Assembly: GCF_022045235.1 (NCBI RefSeq) | Contig: NW_027266308.1 | Location: 21,390,001-21,454,000, forward strand | Direction of reading: 5' to 3' | DNA: 64,000 nt | Source of the DNA: Haliotis cracherodii | Lineage: Eukaryota | Shown here: piece after piece, positions 46,572 to 57,777 of the stretch | How the letters are laid out: each line of letters starts with the position of its first letter | Numbering within the stretch: position 1 is the stretch's first letter | Translations under genes and position numbers: made by a program | The notes under the pieces: model-generated | The model's database searches: none | Told to the model about the DNA's origin: nothing | Seen by the model: the letters and a program-made list of their open reading frames with translations, nothing else

Positions 46572-49500
46572 GTGTGTTTTATCGTTTCTTTAATAACCTC
46601 ATGTCAGACCTAATATATGGCTTGTTGTTCTATTATACATTTTTATTATCTGGAACGATGCTATATCGAAATATGTAATGGGGATAACAAAACACAAATA
46701 AAGGCAACATTACACACACAATACGAATTACAGACTGGAAACGGTCACACCATGATATTGGGAAATTAATAAATTTCGTCATAGGTTGTCGCAGACACAG
46801 AAACAATGAAGACTACGTCGTTATACGCCATTATACTGTTAACCTAAGGCCCTGATTTAGATTCGTTTTTTTTTTCACATCTTGTTTTTTTTCTTGCTTA
46901 AGACGCTGATGTCGAGTTCGATGAGCCTTGGCGAAACACCGGCAACACGGACCTGGTGGTTAGTATTTCGCTGACCGGTGTGTACCGTCTATATATTGCT
47001 ACATAATGTCCATGTTCCACTACTCGGGATCCCCCGCGTTACTAATTGTTGCTAATCACGTGACACAGGACACAGGTTGCCATTCTGTCCAAGTAACTGG
47101 GGGAGTGAATTGTGTGTGTGTGTGTGTGTAAGAAACGGGCTCTACCCATTGTACCCATGTGAGAATCAAACCCGAGCTTCACACACTAGTCTACTCCACC
47201 GCAGGTTATCGGAAGATGTAGACCTCCTATACACAATGATGAATTTGAAAGTAGTCATTTTGAACTTTAATTTGTCAAGTGGTTACCGATTTGCAGTGAC
47301 AATCCAGTATTGATAATGACTTATGCACATGATGATTATTAATAGATGACTGTCTTCTGTCGGCCCGCTGACTTGGTTTGATGCCTGTCATCGTATCCCA
47401 ACTGCGTAGATAGATGCTCATGATGTCAATCACTGGGTTGTCAGGTCCAGACTCGACTATTTACAGACCGCCACCGTATAGCCGGAATATTGCTGAGTGC
47501 GGCGTTAAACAACAAACAAACAACCGTAATCAGTATCATGAGCTCTTGGCCGAAGGTGCATTATCTTGTTTTAAGTAGTTATTTTTGCTCTTGTATGTTC
47601 ATCAGAAGCTGATGTCACAAATGGAGAATTACTGCCCCGTTGAAGAAACGAAACTGGACCATGTCAATCTTTTGCTTGTGGGTGCAGTAGGAAGTGGCAA
47701 GTCCAGCTATTTCAACACCATCAACTCCTTGTTCAGGGGCCACGTGACTGGTCAGGCAAGGAGTGGCAGTGCTACCCATAGTCTGACTTCAATGGTACGT
47801 AGTTCGTGAATTATGCGGCAGGGAGATACAAGAAGGAGCTACATCAAGTCATGACTGCTGTTGTAAGACAGTACAAACGGTAGCATTCATTCAAGATTAT
47901 AACGGGAAACTTTTTGTCAGTTGTGTTGGAGACTTTTCACTTCGCAATTTGAATATCATTTACTCAAGGTGATTCCGAGTATATTTGGCCTATTAGTAAT
48001 GCATTCATGTCGTAAGAGTCGAAGCATGGATAGGTTGTCACTCCCCGTTGCTCATTCTCTTAATCACTGGTTTGCAAAGTCCATCTTCGATTGTTTTACA
48101 GTCTGTACTATTACAATCTTGGCCGTTGCTGACTGCAGAGTTAAACAATATTCATCTAGAAATGGTATTCTATCGTTTATACAGCGACTGTATGAACACT
48201 TCCGTTTGTCAATCGGTGTCCGTCTTACGTCCATGTATATTTTCTGCATCACATGTAGTTCAGGGTTTACAAAGTGAGGTCGAAGTCTGGCACGCCGCTG
48301 AAGTTCCGTCTGTGTGACACACGAGGCCTGGAGGAGGACACGGGGATGAAACCAGAGGACTTGGTGGCATTTCTCGATGGACACATCGAGAATGGATTTC
48401 AGGTTTGAATAAATTACGCGTTGTCTTAGATCTCCTTTGTCCGGCAGTATTTCAGCCATAGTGTGGCTAGAAAAATGAACACATGTACACCAGATCAAAA
48501 TCTGTTGCAGAGGAACCATCAACCACACAATTGTGTTTGAAAGTAGTATATGGACATTAAAAGGGTCAACGTATAACACAAGGATACATGCGGGGTGTAG
48601 ACGGACAACAATCGGTGTTAAGCCACCACAGTTTGGAGTATATGTATTTACAGTACCTCTGCTTCCTGCTCTGTACCCCGGCAGGATTTACTTCTTCCCA
48701 ATAGATGCTGTCAATTGTTGGCAATACGTTTACTTGATAGTCTCACTGTGGAATATATGTATATGCAAATAATTCATGTTAAGTAGCATTGCTGTAGATG
48801 TGACATGCTTGAATGATGTGGTCTCATACCTTCTCAGAAGACCAGTCACAGATGTGTCAGCATACGGGTTATTTACTTTCAACTAAATCGTACATCGGAC
48901 CCCCTTAACAATGGAAAGATATTCAAAACATTTGAGCTGTCAGGTTACTTTAGAAACTTCTGTGTCTGAATGTATGTTTTGTGGTGTTCAGTTCAACCCC
49001 TTTACGAAGCTGGTTAGCGACACACAAGGTTACAGAAAATCGCCATCCTTCGGAGATACAGCTCACTGCGTTGTCTTTGTCGTCGACGCCTCCACTGTGG
49101 ACGTATATTCGGACAAGATCCTACATGTTGTCAAAGAGTTTCAGGAGACTGCAAATGCTCGAGGTATTGTTTATCAGATGGCATAGCATACATAAAGTAA
49201 CTGTGTTATTTAATATCTGCCGTACCTAGGCATTAGAGCTTGGTCATGGCGCTACACATATAATACCACGGTCAATAGATCAGCGTGCCCTCAAATTATG
49301 TTCTCAGCACCAGGGTTAGCATACAATACAAAATGCATCTTAGGTACAAGAAGGTTTTGTCATCACAATCTCAAAACCAGAAAGTGATAAAACTGTCCCA
49401 AACGGCGTTAAACCCAACTCACTCACCATAACCAGATGCCCATTGCTGCCTTGTGAATAGGGGCTTATTCGAACAAATCAGAAACGGGCAGGACCTAAGC

Positions 49501-50247
49501 CCTATTCAGTTCCCCTCTGGGGCCAGTGTTGGATCACTTGTTAACCTGCACCCTATGCACAGGATTTGTAATATAATAGCAAGGAGTTAAGTGAATCGAT
49601 TAAACATGTTATTGTCATAACGGCACCCCTTTCTGCTTCCATGACAATTGATTAATACACTTTGCTCTTCATGATGAATTTTCTCTATCAATTTAAATGT
49701 TAGTAAGGATGTAAGCATATACATGTATCACACTGATTTTACTTGAGTAGTTCAGGTTTGTAGAGAAGCAGTGCCTTTGTATGTGTAAAATGCTTAGTGG
49801 ATCTGTAATATTACACTTACATTAATGTTTATATATGCAATGGCCATGTAATGAGTTCACAATCACGGCTGACATACCATGTACACACGTGCTTTCAAAA
49901 CTATTTGGACTGGTTTGTATAATGTCCTGCACTTCTACACCTTTGTCCTGTCTGTACTTCTTGCAGGTGTGCCTCAGGTTGTTCTGTTGACCAAGGTGGA
50001 CAAGGTGTGTCCTGCTCTGGACAAAGATTTGTCAGGTCTCTTCAAAAACATAACCGTGTCTGATCTTGTTGACACGGTTGCCCAGCTGGTGGGTCTCCCC
50101 CGGTCCTGTGTTCTGCCAATCAAGAACTATGAGAAGGAGACAGAACTTGACGCTAGAGTGGATGTTCCAGCTCTGCTTAGTCTCCAACAGATGCTCCGGC
50201 TGGCTGATGACTACCTTTATTATTATCTCGATCAAATTGATGCTTAA
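44898..50247 (+). CDS. IFI44L: Interferon-induced protein 44-like (N-terminal TLDc domain + P-loop GTPase domain), copy 1, ~459 aa, 6 coding exons
   Basis: Exons 44898-45435, 46903-46958, 47606-47794, 48259-48402, 48992-49163, 49967-50247 (1380 nt, in frame). TLDc motifs FHSRCD..GATVT, VFGGYT..SW, D.RAFLF, GPGFG. PWR linker. GTPase motifs GAVGSGKS, SLT, DTRG, HCVVFVVD, LLTKVD, PIKNY. A splice acceptor at 44875-44876 upstream of the ATG implies a non-coding first exon. Confidence 0.9.
46509..46569. repeat. (GT)n microsatellite, ~30 units
   Basis: Direct reading. Confidence 0.95.
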
Positions 50248-50510
50248 TGCATATTATACGGTTTTTCAAACGTACAACATTTGCTCAGTGTATAATACCT
50301 AGTGCTGGACAGGACATACAGGCAAATACATGTACGCATGTCTTGTTGTACAGTAGCTCTTTCTCAAGGTGTTTCTCAAGTGTACAATAATACTTTTTAC
50401 TTGCTTTTTAATGGCTTATGCTTTATAAGATATGTACTTTCGTCGTTTGTGGTGTTTCTTGTGGACCATTTGTGAAGTAATGGCCTGAAGAAAATGTGTG
50501 TTGAGGTAAA

Positions 50511-50516
50511 AATAAA
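50511..50516 (+). terminator. Candidate polyadenylation signal of IFI44L copy 1
   Basis: AATAAA ~265 nt after the stop codon, followed by T/GT-rich sequence. Confidence 0.45.
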
Positions 50517-51380
50517 CACTTTTAGGTTACTGAGAAAACAAAGTTTGTCTTGAAGTAGTAACTGATGATATATTCTGTTTCTAACAAAGCGTTACATTAT
50601 TTGTCTGAAAGGCTCCGGTGTAACGGGACTTTACCGTCATGCAAATGAGCGAGAGACTGATTTTTCATTTTGTGGCATATGAGAAACTGTCAGCTCACGT
50701 GGCTACGTTAGTGGTTTTATGCTTTACGTCACATCGGCAATATTTCAGCCATATCGTGACGACCGGAGAAAAGGAAATACTCGTACTATTTTCGGGCGTG
50801 CATTCCTTAGTTAAGCTTTGTCACCATTAGGTAAATGACTAGAACACACGACGAACATATTTGGCTACTCTAAGACGTGTCATCGGTCGAAGTTATACAT
50901 ATCAGTCAATCATTTCCCCATGTTTGTTTATTGACCTGGGGCGTCATGACCGCAAGCCATGAAATAACAACACGAGTTGTCTCCCTTGATACGTCGCTGG
51001 CATCTGATCGAGGCGTATCGTTTGCGTTCTCCTCGCACTGTATTGTTCTTCGCTGTGAAATAACGGTAAGTCTAAAATGTAGTAACGATACTCACCGTAT
51101 TTGTATCAAGTTTCAGTCACTCTGCATGCATTGACACATTGATCGTTTGGTAACCTGAGTGTGTTCTTCCTGGTGCATATGTATTAGTCTGTTATGTAAG
51201 TAGTTCACAGATAAATAGCTGTCGATGTATTATACTTCAGTCTTGTCTTTTGCGGGTATTTCAGTGATGTTTCAACTGGGTGGATAAGCATATTCAGATA
51301 TGCTTATTTATATTTTGTTTTAATTAGCTCCTTTTTTACAACCTGACAAAAGTATGGTCACACTCAAAGAAGTCTGCACC

Positions 51381-51404
51381 GAAACGAAACCGAAAGGACG
51401 AAAA
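51381..51404 (+). promoter_or_regulatory. Multimeric IRF-element/ISRE candidate upstream of IFI44L copy 2
   Basis: GAAACGAAACCGAAAGGACGAAAA has four GAAA cores, 1.8 kb upstream of the ATG of copy 2. Confidence 0.6.
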
Positions 51405-51429
51405 TATCGTAGGTTCCATGACACGTATA

Positions 51430-51705
51430 AGGGACCGATCATTTGGTATTCTGGTAGAAGGGTTGGGGGCGCCTGGCATTTGTATCGACATTAAATATTT
51501 TACAGCTGCAGCCTCGAAACCAGAATTCTTTCTCTAAATTTAAAACTATAAGCCTGATTTTTTTAAAGGAAAAAAAACAAACTAAGAACGATGTGTTTTT
51601 TTGGCAGGCAATATTTTCAACAGTCAGAAGCTTTAATATGTTATATTTTTTAACTCGTGGATAAAATCCCAGGCCCCATCCCAGAATATGAAATCGTCGG
51701 TCGGT
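51430..51705. mobile_element. Probable MITE with imperfect TIRs immediately after the ISRE-like element
   Basis: GACCGATCATTTGGTATTCTGG (~51433-51454) is inverted imperfectly as CCAGAATATGAAATCGTCGGTC (51681-51702). Confidence 0.5.
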
Positions 51706-53159
51706 GAGGACGGCGTCTTCCCGAGGCAAGAGAGTCGATTCGTCTATATCAACGTCTAGTTTTCGGGGACTTGTCATCAGCCCAGTGGACACTCTTACCC
51801 CGGGAAGATACGTGTGAGGGAAATGCCCGGAATCCACGTACTGAAAGATGTACAAAATAATAAGTAATCATAATCACAGGTGTTGAATGTATAACTAGGC
51901 GAATATTGAAGGGATGAGAAGGAGATTCGGGGATCAGTGAAGACCAGGTGCAATCAGGGAGTCTTACATGATGCGACTCTGGTGTAATTAAGTTACAATA
52001 ATCGGAACATCAGTCTCATTAATACCACTCGGGAAATAGATCAGCCTTAAGGCGTACTCATATAAAAATAGTTTTCACATAAAAAGATCTGTGTTAGAAA
52101 GAGGTGATCAAATGAATCGGGTGGACAGGTTCGGTGACCTGGTTAATTGAGTGTCATCGTACCCAGATAGCTTTGATATTTGTTCACAATATCAATCACT
52201 GGTTTGTCTGTTCCAGACTCAATTATTTACAGGACGTCGTTTGATAGCTAGAATATTGCAACGTGAGACAATATATAACATGAAACATGAAGAAACATAT
52301 AATGTGTTTTATTATGTATTTAGTGATGAAATATATTTATTTATCTTCAAAAAAACTAAAACATTGATATTTCACTCAAGTTACTTAATGCCTTGAAAAT
52401 CATGCCAGAAAATACACAACAAATAGAACATGTGTCTAATTGTTTTTCAAATAACATCTCATCTCGTGACCTGCAAAGTTGACATTTTCACGACAAAGGG
52501 AAAAACAAATATCCTCCACATAATTGTTACCAAAAGACAAAAATGAATTCGACATGGCCATGTTTGATAAATGTAAAGGGAACATAAGTAATGCGCCTGT
52601 AACGGCACAGTTTATCGCGACACAATACGTACAATGTCACAGTTAGGATACCATGATGGACGCACAATACATGAAACCTCAACACCTCAAGTAAAGTTGT
52701 TGTTGTTGTTTCTGTTTAAAGCCGCACTCCGCAATATTCCAGCTGTATGACGGCGGCCCGTAAATAATGAGTGTGGACCAGACAATCCATTGGTTGATAT
52801 TATGAGCATCGATCCACGCAATTGGTATACGATGACATGCATCAAAAGTCAGCGAGCCTGACCACCTGATCCTGTTAGTCGCCTCTTGCAGCAAACATAG
52901 TCGCCTCTTACGGCAAGCATGGGGTAACGGAAGACCTATGGTCAACCCGGGTCTTCACGGAATGATGAATTGGTTCCTCACCCTTCATCAAAGGCAATAT
53001 AACGAACACAAAGATTTTACAATTCATTTACATTCAATCCAGTTACACAAACGCGCACGTGTACACAGAAATCGCACGCACCCATGCATGTATCGCCTTC
53101 TGTCTTTTCTGGTTTCTTAATCATAATTCAACGTGTGCTGTTTCAGACACCAGTGCAGC

Positions 53160-56100
53160 ATGACGATGTCATTCAACCTTCTCTGTCAGGAAATGCTGAA
53201 GGAATGGCTTGGGGATAGACATAAGTTCAAGAGTCTGTTTGATAGTTCACTGCACCACAATCAAATAGGAGAGTTCCACAAGCGATGTGACAGAAGTGAA
53301 CCCACTGTTACCGTGTTCTACACTAACGGCAACAGTGTTTTTGGTAAGAACGTATTAAATGGCCAGTTTTCTTGCCTACAAACACGAGTTGCGTTAACTG
53401 GCAAATATTTTCCAATTGGTCTCGACTTATGTTTAACATACGACAAACTCCACCGTTCTCATTTCATCACTGTATGGAGCTTACCCGTTAAAAGCATTTT
53501 TAAGAACCTTTTTATTTTCTTTCTACGCTAGATTAACAAATAGCGAGTTATAACGTTGCACGACATTGTTTCAGCCATATATCGACCATGACTTTTCAAG
53601 ATGTACGGAATTTCTTTTGTTGGAACGTTAACATATATTTGTCATATCAGAAACCCACCACAAAATAAATAATTTGATATGGAGTTTGACGTGTTCTTGT
53701 TCGAATTCTCTTTGCCTGATATGTTAAAACTTTAACTTTGAAATTATGCAATATTCAATATTTATGTCACAGGAAATCTGCACAGAAGAATATCTATTCG
53801 TGTGTCAAGCTGAAAATCTATATTTTCCAAATTGTAATTGGTTGCGTATCATGTTGTCAGTTTATGTTTTTTTAAGTATGTATGACAGTTAATTCTGAAA
53901 TTGCTACACAGAGACAATGTTTAAAATTCACACATAGCTCAACTTATAGCGTCTGGAAGGAAACTAAACAGCGGGCCATTGTTTTTGTTTAAGGCATAAC
54001 AATTGTGTTAATTTTATATGGTTGACGTTTTCTTGTCTGACCTTCAAGGTGGATATACACGACAGACATGGCAACCCTCCTCCCCACCAGGACACAAGCG
54101 GGATCCAAGGGCCTTTCTATTCAAGCTGTACGATGGAGCCACTTTCAAACCGAAAAAGTACCCGGTTGATACCGCTCGCTGTGCTATCTATTGCCACAGC
54201 GATTATGGACCAACATTTGGCGGTAGCAATGTCGACGGAGCGATGGATATTGTCACAACGGAGGCCTCTGATGATCTCACCACAGTGCGAACAGCTATAG
54301 GTCAAGCATACAACATTGGTAAACGCCAAAATGAAAACTTTATAGACGGTCATGATGCGGTGGTCAAGTTTGAAGTATTTCTTGTGATAGGTAAGATAAA
54401 ACATTGTTCAGTTCGGTTAATGAAGACTCTTATGTTGTAACATAATTGCTTAAGAGCTACAGAAGCATTGAGCTTTGTCTGGTAACAATTCTTTACCTCT
54501 TTTCGCGAACACCTGGTGTCATCACTGATTTTCATTTGATCCAATCATACAATCTTCACCACTGTTTTACCTTTTACTGGCTTCGATGTTTTATATTTAC
54601 AGCATGATATCCATTTATTAAAGTCGAATGTAATTTCTGCAATATACCCGGGTCAAGAAACGTCGCAAGAATCACACTTGTAGAGTTCAAATGGTGATTG
54701 GGTTATTAGATTTGTGCCCAGGTGGCGTGCATTGTTGCTCATGTTTTCACTTATTGGTTTACCTGGGCGAGATACGGTTATTGACATATCTCATCCCATG
54801 CTATAACTGAAGTATTGTGCTAATTGTGACGGTGAGCAACATTCAGTAACCACAGGAGAATATCGTGGTTTACCTGGGCGAGATAAGATTATTGACATAT
54901 CTCATCCCATGCTATAACTGAAGTATTGTGCTAATTGTGACGGTGAGCAACATTCAGTAACCACAGGAGAATATCGTGGTTTACCTGGGCGAGATAAGAT
55001 TATTTACAGACCCACCCCTACTCTGTCCACAACATCCACACAGCCAACTTATCTGTTCAATAACCCCAGCAGAGTATGTCGTTACCAGAGTATCAGACAT
55101 TAACAATTCCTCGCCGCGCTTTGTGACATGGTCTGGTCGCAGTAAGCTGTACTGTTTCCTTGCATTTTTTATTTCAGATGATGATGAATATGTTGAAAAG
55201 GCATGGCGAAATGTCAGTCAAGTGGCAGTGGAGGTATATAATCAACATACGTATATTCAAGGGTGTAACCGTTATATATAATGATTTGTGTGGGTGCAAT
55301 GAATTTCTCCTTTTAAATAATAAAACCGTAAAACTATAGTTTTTTCGCTGATATGACAAAATACTAAAAAGAATGAGTGAAGAAAATGTCATATGTTTGA
55401 TATTACAAACTATGTTATTATCAAATAGGAAGATGATTTCTCCCCATGATGCATGTTTCAGCCCATTAAAAGAGAGTTAGAAGGTTTCGAGCCTCCAACT
55501 GATGCTTTGAAGTACACAAATATACTCCTTGTGGGTCAGATAGGAGCGGGCAAGTCAAGCTACCTCAACAGTGTTAGCTCGGCCTTCAGGGGATATGTCA
55601 CAAGTTCTGTTCCTACGGGCAGTGCACTGCACAGTCTGACACAAAAGGTACAAAGGAAGAAATATGATTGTCTTGATAATGCACTCACACAGCATTACTG
55701 TAAAACTTGCATTCAACGTTGAACATGGGTAGAATGTGAGAAGTCCATTTCTGGTGTCTAATTGGCGAGATATTGCTGACCGATTGCTCACAGATACCAT
55801 ACCCACTCACACAGCAAGGTTTGGTACCTGTCCATCTTGTCGTTAAGTAACAATTGCAACATCTTGATCCAAACGTTTCTCAAATGTCATGAAATCAAGT
55901 TAAACTGACTATGCTAATATTCTAGCATGTTATTATATGCGTTTCTATGTACAATGTGTGATTATTAGTGATATTGCAGGATTATTGCTAAAAGCGGCGT
56001 AAAACCATACTCACACACTTATATCCTTCCATCTTGGGGAATCCGGATTAGAATCGGTCCTCAAAAACGCAGGTACAATTGTCGTAAAAGGCGACGGAAA

Positions 56101-57270
56101 TTGGATCGGGTTGTCAGGCTGAGTGACTTGGTTGATTTCAATTGCTTATCATTGTACACCGAAGGCGAGGATCACCCCCTTGTTTGTTGCTCCAGAATGA
56201 AGAACACAAGATCTTTACCTGGCCTGGACAGAGGCCTCTCAAGTTCCGATTTTGGGACACACGAGGATTTGAACAAGGGATGGGACAGAATATGGTTTAT
56301 GACATCCAACACATCATAGGCGGAAGTCCACCGGGATACATGGTAAGCGTGCAGAAACATCCTTTAACAGGAAATACCGTCCTTGGATTTGTTTTTGATA
56401 CTCCATAGGCCTTCATGCAGCTTTAAAAACTCAACGTGTTCCTGGTGTCTTGCTAATGAAATTCTACAGAAGATAATTACATCAAAACATGTCTTCACCC
56501 AATCCTGTTCCGGTAATCTGTATTTGTTTTCTGTTTGGTGGTTCTTACATCAATTGAATTCAGAAAGAATTAAACCTGAAATCTGTGTGGGTGGGTGTTA
56601 AACTTTAAAAGACCCAGTGTATCATGAACATTGTTTGTCGACAGAGCATGCTGGCTACAATGATGAGAAACCTGTGGAATAAGCAGCCAATACGCCAGCA
56701 GACCCTGAGCGAGGAAGACCTGCTTCAGCAGAAGGTTCACTGTGTAGCCTTTGTGATAGATGGCTCAGTGATCGATGGTCTACCGCGAGAGGTAAAGGAA
56801 GCGTTTGACCAAATAAAGAAAACTGCAAACGGATATGGTAAGAATGCCTTTGAGTATTACGTATTTATATGGTGCGTCATATACAATGTCGATTTGATGA
56901 AAATAAACGTCTGTGTATGTGAGGTGTCCGATTTTCGTGAGAGTAATGTGCGTGAGTTGGTAATAAAGAAGTACATCTATGTGCGTCAATGTACGTTTCA
57001 GGTATTCCACAGGCAGTGCTGTTGACGAAGATCGACAAGGTGTGCCGGATGGTGCACGGTAATCTGTCGCTGACGTTCCACAGCACCCAAATACGGGACT
57101 TGGTGGACCAAACTGCCGCACTCATCGGGCTGCCTCGGTCTCACATATTCCCTGTCAAGAACTACGAGCAGGAGAGTGAACTGGATGAAAATGTAGATCG
57201 ACTAACTCTACTCAGCCTCAGGCAGATGTTGCGATTTACAGACGACTTTCTTGTTCAACAGTTGCAATAG
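53160..57270 (+). CDS. IFI44L: Interferon-induced protein 44-like (TLDc + P-loop GTPase), copy 2, ~458 aa, 7 coding exons
   Basis: Exons 53160-53343, 54049-54390, 55178-55233, 55462-55647, 56196-56342, 56645-56837, 57002-57270 (1377 nt, in frame). Motifs FHKRCD..PTVT, VFG^GYT, DPRAFLF, YGPTFG, AWR, GQIGAGKS, DTRG, HCVAFVID, LLTKID, PVKNY. Acceptor at 53145-53146 precedes the ATG. Confidence 0.9.
54755..55002. repeat. ~111-bp tandem duplication (2.2 copies) in intron 2 of IFI44L copy 2
   Basis: TGGTTTACCTGGGCGAGATA recurs at 54755, 54866 and 54977 with near-identical intervening sequence. Confidence 0.9.
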
Positions 57271-57777
57271 TGTGTAGCGCTGTGTAGAAAGCACAACACT
57301 ACATTCCGTATCTCAAACATGCGTTATGCTTAAGAAAGTCTCCGTCTAAATAGTCCCTGATATTTCTAACGGTTTATATACTTAAACACTTTGAAAACGC
57401 ATATTCAAAATATTTGGCACAATGGCCACAAAAATGAAATTGAGTTCTGGCTTGAGATTATCAGACACAACAATGTCGTCGTACTGGTTTGAATCTCACA
57501 GGATGTGTTTGAAGTTGTACTTGAGCACAAAACACATCTTTTCTGATTTCGAGATAAGGTGGATTATGCGTTGTCATTTTATGTATTTACGAAACTCGTT
57601 CCAGTTTGTCATAGTTTTAATTCGCTTTTAGTAGATTCAGCACATCTACACCATAAGAGCTGATAAAATTGTTTTTGACATCATTTTGGTACTGACGGTA
57701 TGGGTATGCACTAAATAATATTGGATCTGTACAATAGCCCAGACGATCGTGACAAACAATTACAAGTGTAAATTTAA

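Noticed and set aside
48064-48579. 171-aa antisense ORF over IFI44L copy 1 exon 4
   Set aside because: Shadow frame overlapping a real exon and a SINE-like remnant; no motifs.
51426-51431. TATAAG as TATA box for IFI44L copy 2
   Set aside because: It overlaps the end of a probable MITE (51430-51705), so it cannot be supported as a promoter element.
51818-51828. NF-kB-like site GGGAAATGCCC
   Set aside because: Deviates from GGGRNNYYCC and a single short match is expected by chance.
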